Assembly: GCA_963674695.2 (NCBI GenBank)
Contig: CAXXGI010000003.1
Coordinates: 1,027,658-1,091,657 of the forward strand
Length of the DNA: 64,000 nucleotides
Source: a bacterium
GTDB taxonomy: Bacteria > UBA10199 > 2-02-FULL-44-16 > JAAZCA01
Direction of reading: 5' to 3'
The stretch's first letter is position 1; the number at the start of each line of letters is the position of its first letter. Shown here piece after piece: positions 1 through 9,559 of this stretch. The position numbers and the translations under genes are program-made. The notes under the pieces are model-generated. The model saw only the letters and a program-made list of their open reading frames with translations. It did not search any database and had not been told where the DNA came from.

Positions 1-1077
1 GTGGTCTATCAGGTCGGCCGAAACTCATTTTGGAGTCCAAAGAACTACGGCGGGAAACACAAAGGGCCGACGCCGTTCCGAAATTGCCTCACCTTCTCGC
101 GCAACGTTCCGACGGTGAAGATCACCTTCGACATCGGCACGCACTACCTCACCGCCTTCGAACGCAAGATGGGCATCACCTCTCAGGTCGATAAATATCT
201 CTCGATGGCACTTGGCGCCAACTCCGTCTACCTCCAAGAGATGGTTCAGGCCTATACCATCTTCGTCAACCACGGCCGATTCTCACCGCTCATCGCCATC
301 ACGAGGATCGAAGATGCCCACGGAAACATCCTGGAATCGGCCGAGCTGCCGAAGGAGACGCCGATCGCTTCATCACTGCTCAAGGGAATTTCTGAAGCCG
401 ATCGTGCCAAACAACAGGAGATCCTCGCCCAGCAACTGGCCGAGCGGCAGAACGTCAATGCTGACGAACTCAACACCGAACTCTTTGAGCTCGGCGTGAA
501 GCATATCGCCGAGGACAGCCTCATCCTCACCGACCTGGAACTCAAGACGCTCTATGGCGCGCAGATTCCGGAAGGGCACGTCATGACTCCGCAGACGGCC
601 TACCTCATGGTCCAACTCCTCAAAGGCGTGGTGGAGGGCGGAACGGGCGCGCGGGTGCGCGCGCTCGGGAAACCAGCGGGGGGGAAGACCGGAACGACAA
701 ACGATGAAACCGACGTCTGGTTCATCGGCTTCGTGCCGGACCTGGTCGCTGGCGTCTGGGTCGGATTCGACGAACTCAAGAAGATCGGCCGCGGCATCGC
801 CGGAGGCAACACCGCCGCCCCCATATTTCTCGACTTCATGAAGGTCGCCACCGAGGGGTGGGAGGCCAAAGACTTTCCCAAGCCAGACAGCTTTCCTCAC
901 GGTGCCATCGCCTCGATGACCGGCGGTTCCGCCATCTTCGGCGCACGCCCCACTCAGTCCTTCGGACCACATGGGGGCACTGATCGCGCGGGCGAATTCT
1001 TCGAAGAGGACCTCGAATACTTCGATGAACCGCCGGCGGGCTATGATGAACCGGCCGCCATCCCCCTAATTCAGTAA
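1..1077 (+). CDS. mrcA: Penicillin-binding protein 1A family, C-terminal transpeptidase part (5'-truncated by window)
   Basis: SxN motif (SRN), KTGT motif (GKTGTTND), WFIGF...GVWVGFD and AAPIF segments typical of class A PBPs. Confidence 0.85.
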   Translation: MVYQVGRNSFWSPKNYGGKHKGPTPFRNCLTFSRNVPTVKITFDIGTHYLTAFERKMGITSQVDKYLSMALGANSVYLQEMVQAYTIFVNHGRFSPLIAITRIEDAHGNILESAELPKETPIASSLLKGISEADRAKQQEILAQQLAERQNVNADELNTELFELGVKHIAEDSLILTDLELKTLYGAQIPEGHVMTPQTAYLMVQLLKGVVEGGTGARVRALGKPAGGKTGTTNDETDVWFIGFVPDLVAGVWVGFDELKKIGRGIAGGNTAAPIFLDFMKVATEGWEAKDFPKPDSFPHGAIASMTGGSAIFGARPTQSFGPHGGTDRAGEFFEEDLEYFDEPPAGYDEPAAIPLIQ

Positions 1078-1250
1078 TTCCCCGTATTTTCTCATCTTTC
1101 AGGCTCCCCCCCACTTTCTCCCCCATCGGGAGCGGCTTCAGTGCTATAATTTCTGTGATGAGAAGAGACCTTCATTCGAAACGGATACGGTGGATCGCGA
1201 TCGACAGGGTTTCGTGATTCACCGTTTTCCTTTGCCGCAAGGGAGGCATT

Positions 1251-1460
1251 ATGCGTTTCGCACGGTCGCTCCGGAGACAGAAGGAAAACACCCACAAACG
1301 GCATGCAGAATCTGAAGGGAAGGCGCACTCGCAGAAAGGATGGAGCGGCCCCGACGAGGAGAGCGTCAAGCGCAAGAGCGAGTCAACGATGGAACATCAA
1401 CAACACCTCTCGCGCGGCATCGGCCACCACCCGGCGAGGTCGATTAAGGGACACTCGTAA
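1251..1460 (+). CDS. Small basic/hydrophilic hypothetical protein (69 aa)
   Basis: Strong RBS (AAGGGAGG) before ATG; followed by a terminator-like hairpin; no family recognised. Confidence 0.5.
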   Translation: MRFARSLRRQKENTHKRHAESEGKAHSQKGWSGPDEESVKRKSESTMEHQQHLSRGIGHHPARSIKGHS

Positions 1461-1463
1461 CGC

Positions 1464-1600
1464 CCCGAAGGGTGAAGGGTGACCGCCACCTTCGGTGGCT
1501 CAGACGAAGGGTGAAACAACAAAAACCCCCGACAGCGGATGCTGTCGGGGGTTCGTTGTTTCGCCCTTCACCCTTCGGTTTATATCACCCTTCGGTTTTT
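1464..1600. terminator. Extended bidirectional terminator-like hairpin between convergent genes
   Basis: AACCCCCGACAGC-ggat-GCTGTCGGGGGTT core (1524-1553) extended by GAAGGGT/ACCCTTC units on both sides. Confidence 0.65.
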
Positions 1601-2226
1601 CACTCCGCCTTCACCTCGATCGTTTCGATCACATCGCCCTGGCGAATACTCTCGACGACATCCATCCCTTCGGTCACCTGGCCGAAGACGGTGTAGGCGT
1701 TATCGAGAAACGGGGTCGGCTCGAGCGTGATGTAGAACTGCGAGCCGCTGTTGCGCCGCTCGGGGTTGACCTCGTCGCCCGTGCGTGCCCAGGCCAGCGC
1801 TCCCTTTGGATGCGGACGCTTGATCTCGGCGGGCGTGGTGTAGCCGGGGCCACCGGAGCCGGTCGCGGTGGGGTCGCCCCCCTGAATCACAAACCCCGGG
1901 ACGACGCGGTGAAAGCTGAGCCCTTTATAATACCCCCCATCAGCCAGCTGCTTGAAGTTGGTCACCGAGATCGGCGCATCCGTCGCATAGAGCTCGCAGA
2001 CGACCTTGCCCTTGTTCGTCGTGATGACCGTCGTATACGTTTTGCCCGCCTCGACTGCGGCCTCCTTCGGCTCCGTAAATGTCTTCGTCTCTTTCTCCGC
2101 CATCACTGCCTCCTCCTGTTGTTGGACCGTCGCCGCAGGTTTCGCCTCGGGCTCAGCCACTTTTTTCTCGCATCCGATCGCGACCACCATAGTCGACATC
2201 ATGATCAGCATTAGCATTGTCTTCAT
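1600..2226 (-). CDS. Cyclophilin-type peptidyl-prolyl cis-trans isomerase, lipoprotein
   Basis: FHRVVPGFVIQGGDP, GSQFYIT, YTVFGQV motifs; lipobox AIGC. Confidence 0.92.
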   Translation of the reverse strand: MKTMLMLIMMSTMVVAIGCEKKVAEPEAKPAATVQQQEEAVMAEKETKTFTEPKEAAVEAGKTYTTVITTNKGKVVCELYATDAPISVTNFKQLADGGYYKGLSFHRVVPGFVIQGGDPTATGSGGPGYTTPAEIKRPHPKGALAWARTGDEVNPERRNSGSQFYITLEPTPFLDNAYTVFGQVTEGMDVVESIRQGDVIETIEVKAE

Positions 2227-2255
2227 CGTTCCTCCTCCAAAGAAAAAACATTCAG

Positions 2256-2345
2256 GAATCTACCGCCGTGAGGGGAAATCATTTGCGTCTGGAACAAGCT
2301 TCATCTGTGAAGATGCAAATGATTTCCCCGGGAGGCGGTAGATTC
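2256..2345 (+). repeat. Dispersed hairpin element family A, copy 1 (CGCC-GYGA-GGGG...CCCC-GGRA-GGCG)
   Basis: Long inverted repeat; near-identical to 19682-19759 with compensatory changes. Confidence 0.8.
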
Positions 2346-3289
2346 TACATGGCACCCACCATCTCCTCGAGTTGAGCCTCCGCGCACTCGCGCGTGGCCC
2401 CGAGATCATAGCCCCCTTCGAGCACCACGGCCAGGCGACCATCGCAGCACTCGCCCGCGAGTTGCACCAGATCGCGCATCATCAGGCGATAGCCCTTCGT
2501 CGTCACGCGCATCCCGCCGATGGGATCTTCGACGTGAGAATCGAAACCCGCCGATGAGAGGATGAACTCCGGCTTATACTTCACGACTGAGGGAATGACC
2601 TGCTCCTCGAAGGCACGGCGATACTCCTCATCCCCCGCCCCCCCGCTGAAGGGGATGTTGAGCGTATACCCCTGCCCCTCGCCGAGGCCCACCTCTTCAG
2701 CCGCACCCGTTCCGGGGAAGAAGGGATGGCGATGGATCGAAGCGAAGAAGACGTCGGGACGACGCTCAAAGGCGTGCTGCGTGCCGTTGCCGTGATGCAC
2801 ATCGAAGTCGACGATCGCCACGCGGGAGAGCCCCTTCTCGCGAATAAGCCACTCGGCCGCGATGGCGATGTTGTTGAAGAAGCAAAACCCCATGGCGTGA
2901 TCACGTTCGGCGTGATGCCCGGGCGGGCGCACGAAGGCGAAGGCGTTCTTCGCCCTCCCCTCCAGGACCTCCTCGGTACAACGAAGCGTTCCGCCGGCGG
3001 CGAAGGCCGCTGCCTCCCAGGTGTGAGCATTGGCGCTGGTATCCGGATCGAGGATCGTGCGTTCGATCCCCGCGGTGGCCGCGATGCGCTCGATATAGCG
3101 CTCGTCGTGAATGAAGGCCAGTTCGTCGCGCGTCGCCTCGCGCGGATCGATCCGTTCGACCTCGCGCCCCACGCCGTCACCATCGAGAACCGTCTGAACG
3201 GCCCCGAGCCGACGCGGCGTCTCCGGATGCATGATGCCCATCTCGTGTCGGGTATAGCGCTCATCCAGAATAACAGCGGTGCGAGTCAT
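2345..3289 (-). CDS. Histone deacetylase family (AcuC/HDAC-like) Zn-dependent deacetylase
   Basis: HPE, RPPGHHA, GFCFFNN, DFDVHHGNGTQ, SAGFD, LEGGY motifs. Confidence 0.93.
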   Translation of the reverse strand: MTRTAVILDERYTRHEMGIMHPETPRRLGAVQTVLDGDGVGREVERIDPREATRDELAFIHDERYIERIAATAGIERTILDPDTSANAHTWEAAAFAAGGTLRCTEEVLEGRAKNAFAFVRPPGHHAERDHAMGFCFFNNIAIAAEWLIREKGLSRVAIVDFDVHHGNGTQHAFERRPDVFFASIHRHPFFPGTGAAEEVGLGEGQGYTLNIPFSGGAGDEEYRRAFEEQVIPSVVKYKPEFILSSAGFDSHVEDPIGGMRVTTKGYRLMMRDLVQLAGECCDGRLAVVLEGGYDLGATRECAEAQLEEMVGAM

Positions 3290-3415
3290 GAATCCTCCGA
3301 GTCCGACCTCCTAATCGCCCCTCGAAAAAAAATCAACTCTTCCATTATTTTCATATAGCTCCGACCGCAAACCTGCGTTCAGAATAGATTTGCTGAGGAT
3401 GAAAATGCCTTGCAT

Positions 3416-3431
3416 TGGTCCTCCGTTTGCA
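3416..3431 (+). promoter_or_regulatory. Possible sigma-54 promoter upstream of hydrogenase operon
   Basis: TGGTCCTCCGTTTGCA: GG-N10-GC spacing, about 70 bp upstream of the start. Confidence 0.4.
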
Positions 3432-3500
3432 TATGATGCGGCTCCTTTTCATCGGAACAACAATCATTTTTTTCCTGCACCGTCGACAAAAGGAGCAGCC

Positions 3501-4541
3501 ATGGCGGCAAAAACCCTCAGCAAGGAACAGTTTCAGACATTCACCGACAACCTCATCGCGGCCGGCCGTGTGGTCGGCGTAAAGCGCAAAGAGAACAAAT
3601 TTGCCTTCGGCGATCTGACCTCTGCCAGCGAATTGACGCTCGACTACGACGTCACGCTGCGCAGCCCGCGGGTCTTCTTCCAGCCCCCGACCGAGGAGCT
3701 CATCTCCTTTACGACGGGCGATACGACCACAGCTGCGGCCACGATCCCGGCGACCGAGCCCTTCGTCCTGCTGGGCGTCCACACCTACGACCTGATCGCG
3801 CTCAATCAGATGGATCGCATCTGGAACGAGGACAACGCCGACCAGAACTATGAAGCCCGTCGCAAGGCCGCCACCGTCATCGCGCTTGAGCCGATCAAGG
3901 CCTCGAAGTGGTCCTTCTGGGCCTCGATGGGTGCCACCAAGGTGGAAAAGGGCTTCGACCTCCTACTCACCGATATTGGCGGAAAATACGTCATCGAGAT
4001 CGGCACCGAAGCGGGCAAGAAGCTCATCAGCGCGCACGCCGCAGATGCAAAAGAAGCCTCCGCCGACGACCTGGCCGCGCGCGACCGTGTGCGCAAGGAA
4101 CTGCCCTCCTACTGCAAGGCCGACCGCAAGGTGAACGCCTCGGTGGAAGAGCTTCCCACGCTCATCAAGTCAAACTACGAAAACCCCATCTGGGAAAAGA
4201 ACGCTGAAAAGTGCTACAGCTGCGGCGCCTGCAATCTGGTCTGCCCCACCTGCTATTGCTTCGACGTCCACGACGACATCGAACTCGACCTCAAACACGG
4301 CACACGCACCCGCACGTGGGACGGCTGCCTGCTCGAGGCGTTCGCGCACGTCGGCTCGGGTGAAAACTTCCGTGAACACCGCGGCGACCGTTTCCGTCAC
4401 CGCATCTTCCGCAAAACGGTCTATATGCCGGAGAAGATCAATGAGCTCGCCTGCGTCGGCTGCGGGCGCTGCTCGGAAGTCTGTCTCCCCGACATCACCG
4501 ATCCCGTGAAGATCATCAACACGATCAAGGAGGGCAACTGA
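3501..4541 (+). CDS. hydB: Group 3b (sulf)hydrogenase beta subunit (4Fe-4S, AsrA-like)
   Basis: CYSCGACNLVCPTCYCF and CVGCGRCSEVC clusters; RBS AAGGAG before ATG 3501 (start revised from ORF track). Confidence 0.88.
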   Translation: MAAKTLSKEQFQTFTDNLIAAGRVVGVKRKENKFAFGDLTSASELTLDYDVTLRSPRVFFQPPTEELISFTTGDTTTAAATIPATEPFVLLGVHTYDLIALNQMDRIWNEDNADQNYEARRKAATVIALEPIKASKWSFWASMGATKVEKGFDLLLTDIGGKYVIEIGTEAGKKLISAHAADAKEASADDLAARDRVRKELPSYCKADRKVNASVEELPTLIKSNYENPIWEKNAEKCYSCGACNLVCPTCYCFDVHDDIELDLKHGTRTRTWDGCLLEAFAHVGSGENFREHRGDRFRHRIFRKTVYMPEKINELACVGCGRCSEVCLPDITDPVKIINTIKEGN

Positions 4542-5377
4542 TGGCCACCGCATCGAATGAACAGTCCCTGTACCTGCCGGAGCTTGCCACCGTCACCGAT
4601 GTCAAGACGATGACCGAGACCGAGAAGTACTTCAAGATCAAGCTCAACAACGGCAAGGCCCTCGGACACAAGCCGGGCCAGTTCGTCGAGGTCTCGATCT
4701 TCGGCATCGGCGAGGCACCGATCTCCGTCTCCAGCTCCCCGACACAGACCGATGGCTTCGAACTGGTCGTGCGCAAGGTGGGCAACGTCACGGGCGCCAT
4801 GCACACGCTGGAAGACGGCGCCACCGTCGGCATCCGTGGCCCCTTTGGCACCGATTTTCCGTATGAAGGAACCAAGGGACGCGACATCATGGTCGTGGCC
4901 GGCGGCATCGGCCTGGTTCCCGCGCGTTCCTTCATCAACTATGTGCTCGCCAACCGGAAGGACTATGGGCGTCTCATCATCCTCTTCGGCGCGCGCTCAC
5001 CTTCCGAGCGGCTCTTCACCGATGAGCTGGCCGATTGGGCCAAGCGCGACGACGTGGAATTCTTAGAGACGGTCGACAAAGGCGATGACACCTGGAAGGG
5101 CAATGTCGGCGTCATCACGACCCTCATGCCGAAGGTCAAAATCGATCCCGCAAAGACCACCTGTGTGGTGGTGGGCCCTCCGATCATGTATCGCTTCGTC
5201 ATCATGGAAGCGAAGAAGATGGACCTGGCCGACAAGGATATCGTCGTCTCCTTGGAGCGCCGGATGAAGTGCGGCGTCGGCAAATGCGGTCACTGCCAGA
5301 TCAACGATAAGTATTGCTGCCAGGATGGCCCGGTCTTCACCTACGAAGAGATCAAACCGATGCCGGAAGCGTTATAA
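4541..5377 (+). CDS. hydG: Group 3b hydrogenase gamma subunit (FAD/NAD(P)-binding, 2Fe-2S)
   Basis: PGQF, GEAPIS, RGPFG, AGGIG, ERRMKCGVGKCGHC, CQDGPVF; TGATG overlap with hydB. Confidence 0.9.
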   Translation: MATASNEQSLYLPELATVTDVKTMTETEKYFKIKLNNGKALGHKPGQFVEVSIFGIGEAPISVSSSPTQTDGFELVVRKVGNVTGAMHTLEDGATVGIRGPFGTDFPYEGTKGRDIMVVAGGIGLVPARSFINYVLANRKDYGRLIILFGARSPSERLFTDELADWAKRDDVEFLETVDKGDDTWKGNVGVITTLMPKVKIDPAKTTCVVVGPPIMYRFVIMEAKKMDLADKDIVVSLERRMKCGVGKCGHCQINDKYCCQDGPVFTYEEIKPMPEAL

Positions 5378-5381
5378 ATTC

Positions 5382-5413
5382 GTTCGATGGTTCGTCGGTT
5401 CGATTGTTCGATG
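5382..5413 (+). repeat. 8-bp tandem array GTTCGATG-type x4 after hydG stop
   Basis: GTTCGATG GTTCGTCG GTTCGATT GTTCGATG. Confidence 0.8.
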
Positions 5414-5449
5414 GTATAAACGGATAAACGAGTCCCAAGGAGAGCACTG

Positions 5450-6190
5450 ATGTCAAAACCAAGAATCGCATTTTTTGATTTCGCCAGCTGTGAGGGCTGC
5501 CAGCTGACCGTCGTCAACCTCGAAGAGGCATTACTCGACGTCCTCCAGCATGTCGAAATCGTCAGCTTCCGCGAAGCGATGAAGGAACACTCCGACGACT
5601 ACGACATCGCCTTCATCGAAGGTTCCTGCACGCGCGCATCGGACGAGGAACGCCTCAAGAAGATCCGCGGCAACGCCAAGATCGTCGTCGCCATCGGCGC
5701 CTGTGCCACCATGGGCGGCATCAATGCGCTCAAGAATACGCGGCCGCTCGAAACGGTGCGCAAAGAGGTCTACGGCGACAAGTGGGAGCTCTTCGACACC
5801 TATCGCGCCCGCGGCGTCGACGAGGTGATCACGGTCGACTATAAGGTGAATGGCTGCCCGATGACCCAGAGCGAATTCGTGAAGGTCGTCAAAGCGCTCC
5901 TCACCGCGACCACGCCCGACATCCCCACCTATCCGATCTGCGTCGAGTGCAAGCAGAACGGCAACGTCTGCGTCTTTGAAAAGGGCGAGACCTGTGTCGG
6001 CCCGATCACACGCGCCGGCTGTGGTGCCTGCTGCGTCAATGAGGGCGCGGTCTGCTGGGGCTGCCGCGGACTCATCGATGATCCGAACGTCGACGCCCAC
6101 AAGGAAGTCATGGAAAAATACGGCCTGACGGTCGATGAGCTGAAGAACAAACTGAACCTCTACTTCACAAATGCAAACCTGACGAAATGA
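5450..6190 (+). CDS. hydD: Group 3b hydrogenase delta (small) subunit
   Basis: SCEGCQ, EGS, GACATMGGI, GCP, distal Cys cluster CxGPITRAGC...CWGCRG. Confidence 0.9.
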   Translation: MSKPRIAFFDFASCEGCQLTVVNLEEALLDVLQHVEIVSFREAMKEHSDDYDIAFIEGSCTRASDEERLKKIRGNAKIVVAIGACATMGGINALKNTRPLETVRKEVYGDKWELFDTYRARGVDEVITVDYKVNGCPMTQSEFVKVVKALLTATTPDIPTYPICVECKQNGNVCVFEKGETCVGPITRAGCGACCVNEGAVCWGCRGLIDDPNVDAHKEVMEKYGLTVDELKNKLNLYFTNANLTK

Positions 6191-6203
6191 CATCGCTTCT
6201 GAT

Positions 6204-6248
6204 GTCATCCTGAGCGAAACACCGAAGGTGTTTCTGTCGAAGGATCTC
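6204..6248 (+). repeat. REP-like palindromic unit GTCATCCTGAGCG...GTCGAAGGATCTC
   Basis: Internal hairpin GAAACACC-gaa-GGTGTTTC; resembles widespread GTCATCCTGAGC...GAAGGATCT intergenic repeats (from recall). Confidence 0.45.
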
Positions 6249-6261
6249 CGAGGAGGATGGA

Positions 6262-7566
6262 ATGGCGAACGCAAATCTCAATATCGATCTCCACTACGTG
6301 ACCCGCGTCGAGGGTCATGGCAACATCGTGGTCAATGCCAAGGATGGCAAGTTGGAAAAGGTGCAGTGGCAGGTCCCTGAGGCACCCCGCTACTTCGAAG
6401 CCATGGTCATCGGCCAGAAGTGGGATGTTCTCCACCACATCACGAGTCGCATCTGCGGCATCTGTTCCATCGGGCACACGCTGGCCTCCTTAAAAACGAC
6501 CGAAGCGGCGATGGGGATCACGATCTCCGAGCAGTCACAGCTCTTGCGCAGGCTCGCGATCAACGCCGAGAACCTGCAGAGCCACACGCTGCATGTCGGC
6601 TATCTGGCCCTTCCCGATCTCGTGGGCGCCGGTTCCGTGATTCCGCTGGCCAGCTCCCATCCGGATGAGGTGGCGCTCGTCATCCGTCTGCATCGCTTGT
6701 CAAACGAGATGAGCGACATGATCTGCGGCCGCACCACGCATCCGCAGCGCCTCATCCCCGGCGGCTTCACCAAGGTCCCGACGGCCGAAGAGCTCAAGAC
6801 CCTGCGCACGCGCCTGGACGATGGCTTCGCCGACGTGGATGCTTTCGGCAACCTGCTCGTGGCTCTCGCACCGAATTTCCCGAACTTCACGCGCGAGACC
6901 GAATACATCTCGATCACCGACAAGAACGAATACGCCTTCTACGACGGCGAACTCTGTTCGAGCCTGGGCGACACCGCGCCGATCACCGATTACCTGGCCT
7001 GGACCAACGAGTTCATCGTGCCGCAATCGACGGCCAAGTATACGAAGCGCAAACGCGACTCGCTCATGGTGGGTGCGCTGGCCCGCTTCAACAACAACCA
7101 CACGCAGCTCCTGCCGAAGGCAGCCGCCTGGGCGAAGAAATTGGGGCTCATCGCTCCCTGTTACAACCCCTATTACAACAACGTCGCCCAGTTCGTCGAG
7201 GTCGTGCACAACATCGAGGATTCGATCATCCAGATCGACAAGCTCCTCGCGGCCGGCATCAAGGACGAGAAGCCAGATGTAACGCCGAAGGCAGGACACG
7301 GCATCGGCACGGTGGAGGTCCCGCGCGGCATCCTGCACCACGACTACACCTATGATGACAAGGGTGTCTGCACGAAGGCCAACTGCATCATCCCGACCAA
7401 CCAGAACCACAACAACATCCAGAAGGACATGGAAGCGCTCGTCCCGACGATCCTGGACAAGCCGCAGGCCGAGGTGGAGCTGATCCTCGAGATGCTCGTT
7501 CGCGCCTACGACCCCTGCATCTCCTGCTCGACACATTATCTGAAGGTGAATTTTAAGAACTCGTGA
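6262..7566 (+). CDS. hydA: Group 3b [NiFe]-hydrogenase alpha (large) subunit
   Basis: TRVEGHG, L1 RICGICSIGH, EVPRG, L2 DPCISCSTH with short cleavable C-terminal tail. Confidence 0.95.
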   Translation: MANANLNIDLHYVTRVEGHGNIVVNAKDGKLEKVQWQVPEAPRYFEAMVIGQKWDVLHHITSRICGICSIGHTLASLKTTEAAMGITISEQSQLLRRLAINAENLQSHTLHVGYLALPDLVGAGSVIPLASSHPDEVALVIRLHRLSNEMSDMICGRTTHPQRLIPGGFTKVPTAEELKTLRTRLDDGFADVDAFGNLLVALAPNFPNFTRETEYISITDKNEYAFYDGELCSSLGDTAPITDYLAWTNEFIVPQSTAKYTKRKRDSLMVGALARFNNNHTQLLPKAAAWAKKLGLIAPCYNPYYNNVAQFVEVVHNIEDSIIQIDKLLAAGIKDEKPDVTPKAGHGIGTVEVPRGILHHDYTYDDKGVCTKANCIIPTNQNHNNIQKDMEALVPTILDKPQAEVELILEMLVRAYDPCISCSTHYLKVNFKNS

Positions 7567-7569
7567 TTC

Positions 7570-7608
7570 GTGAGATAGTGAGATAGCTGAATCGCAAGAT
7601 GGCTTAAC
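7570..7608 (+). repeat. Degenerate 8-bp tandem array (GTGAGATA-type) just after hydA stop
   Basis: GTGAGATA GTGAGATA GCTGAATC GCAAGATG GCTTAAC. Confidence 0.65.
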
Positions 7609-7625
7609 GACAACAAACACGTCAA

Positions 7626-7658
7626 GACGGCGGGGCTTTTGGCCCCGCCGTTTTTTTT
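7626..7658 (+). terminator. Rho-independent terminator (identical copy at 9519-9551)
   Basis: GACGGCGGGGC-ttttg-GCCCCGCCGTT followed by T-run. Confidence 0.85.
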
Positions 7659-7813
7659 ATGGGGCGCACCGTACGGGATTACATTTATTCCATAATACCA
7701 CAGCGTTGGACGTGCTCATTTGTGAACGGTATTTACCCTTCCAGCGCACCTTCTCCCCCTTCCCCGACCGATAATGGAATGAGACAACACACCACAACCG
7801 CGAGGAGAGCATC

Positions 7814-9496
7814 ATGAAACACATCATTATAACACTCATCGGCATCCTCTTTCTTGCCAGCGCAACTCCGGGATTGGCCCAGGTAGCATCTTCAGCACAA
7901 CTCCAGGCGCCACCCTTGAACGAGGCACGCATGGACATTCCGAGCCTGATCGACGGTGGCTTCTTCGTCAGCGCGATTCCGGTCGATATCTGCGTCGTTT
8001 CGGCGACCACGAGCATCGTCACGCCGGCAGCGCCTAAAGCGGCCATCGCTTCACAGAGACCAACCCCGCAGCGTGCCTGTCTCCACCGCTATGCAGCGGG
8101 CATCCCACTAGGACTCCTCTTCGATGACAACAAGAGCTTTGCTTTTGTCACACCCGCCTCGCTCGACATCGGCATCTGGGGAGCGCCTCAATCCGGACGA
8201 GAAAGCGATGCGACGACTGGCGGGAGCTACGGCGCTGATGGCGACCTCGAACGCCTGCCTGATATCATGATAACGGACGGCGTCAGCCTCAGCGCTGATG
8301 ATCCTGCCGACACGACGGAACACGACGAGGAGATCGCGCTGACCATCGAAGCGATCGATCGGGACAACATTCTCGTCAACGGACAGTACTTCATCCGGAC
8401 GGATGCCAACATCGATGTGAGCGATGTCGCCCGCAGCGAACTGTATGAGACGCTTCTGGGAAACGCCGATCCCTTCAACGCTGACCTGGGAGGAATCTTC
8501 GAAGCCCTCGTCTCCGAAAGTGATATCGGCATCGTCTTCAGCGAGATCGCCTTCCGTGCCTTCGACCTCGATCGCCTCCTGCTCGACCAGTTCTTCACGC
8601 GCTGGGCGATGCACGCTCGCGACTTTGGCGAATTCACTGCGGGCGATTTCGAGGGAATGTTCGGTTCCTGGCGCGGCAACGGCGGCTGGGGCATGTGGAA
8701 CAGCTTCGACGACATCTTCGGCGCCGGCGGTGAAGGATTTGGGAACAGCGGCGCGGGCATGGACGGCATCGGCCGCACGCACGGCGGCTTCGGCGGCATG
8801 GGCGGAAATGGAAACGGCATGGGCTGGATGGACGACTTTGGCGCCGGCGGGAGCGCCTTCGGCCAGGGTGGCGGCTTTGCCGGCAATGCCGGCTGGATGG
8901 GCGGCGGGATGCAAAATGGCCTCGGCAACATGGGCAACTTCGGCGGCGCGAGCTGGTTCAATCGCGGCAACCCGAATGGGGGCAGACCTGCGGGATATGG
9001 GCAAGACATGAATCGAGGAGACATGAAGGGCAAGGGCAAGGGCACGGATATCGATCTCTGCTATATTGATGAGAATGGAAAGTTTCACTCTAATAACGGC
9101 AATGTGAAAAGCGTTCAGCCAACCAAATGGGACAATAAAGGTTACATGCCGAAGCCAAAAACCAAAACAAACGCAGACGATATTCAACTGCATGAAGCTG
9201 AAGACAACAACGATCTGCCTAAACGTGTTACCCCGTACAATCCGGCAGGCATAGGCGATAAAGTCGATGATAGCGGTCCCGGCCTCCCCTTCGCGCGAAC
9301 GGATGCGACGCCCTACGAGGATGGCGGTGAAGAAGGCCCCGGCCATATCTTCACAACGGACGAGGCGACACCGTATGAGGATGGCGGAGAGGAAGGCCCC
9401 GGCCACGTCTTCACAACGGACGAGGCGACACCGTATGAGGATGGTGGAGAGGAAGGCCCTGGCCACGTCTTCATCACCGATGAAACAGCAAACTGA
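7814..9496 (+). CDS. Secreted hypothetical protein with Gly-rich region and three 20-aa acidic C-terminal repeats
   Basis: RBS GAGGAG, signal peptide, Gly/Met/Asn-rich centre, repeats TDEATPYEDGGEEGPGHVFT. Confidence 0.7.
   Translation: MKHIIITLIGILFLASATPGLAQVASSAQLQAPPLNEARMDIPSLIDGGFFVSAIPVDICVVSATTSIVTPAAPKAAIASQRPTPQRACLHRYAAGIPLGLLFDDNKSFAFVTPASLDIGIWGAPQSGRESDATTGGSYGADGDLERLPDIMITDGVSLSADDPADTTEHDEEIALTIEAIDRDNILVNGQYFIRTDANIDVSDVARSELYETLLGNADPFNADLGGIFEALVSESDIGIVFSEIAFRAFDLDRLLLDQFFTRWAMHARDFGEFTAGDFEGMFGSWRGNGGWGMWNSFDDIFGAGGEGFGNSGAGMDGIGRTHGGFGGMGGNGNGMGWMDDFGAGGSAFGQGGGFAGNAGWMGGGMQNGLGNMGNFGGASWFNRGNPNGGRPAGYGQDMNRGDMKGKGKGTDIDLCYIDENGKFHSNNGNVKSVQPTKWDNKGYMPKPKTKTNADDIQLHEAEDNNDLPKRVTPYNPAGIGDKVDDSGPGLPFARTDATPYEDGGEEGPGHIFTTDEATPYEDGGEEGPGHVFTTDEATPYEDGGEEGPGHVFITDETAN
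9299..9490 (+). repeat. 60-bp coding tandem repeat x3 (plus partial)
   Basis: acggacgaggcgacaccgtatgaggatggYggagaggaaggcccYggccacgtcttca repeated. Confidence 0.85.
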
Positions 9497-9518
9497 TCGC
9501 CGAGCAGAGAGACAAGAG

Positions 9519-9551
9519 GACGGCGGGGCTTTTGGCCCCGCCGTTTTTTTT
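9519..9551 (+). terminator. Rho-independent terminator (identical to 7626-7658)
   Basis: 33-bp exact duplicate. Confidence 0.85.
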
Positions 9552-9559
9552 GCGTACTG

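Noticed and set aside
6262-7566. Selenocysteine-containing [NiFeSe] hydrogenase
   Set aside because: L2 motif is DPCISC with ordinary Cys codons; no in-frame TGA.
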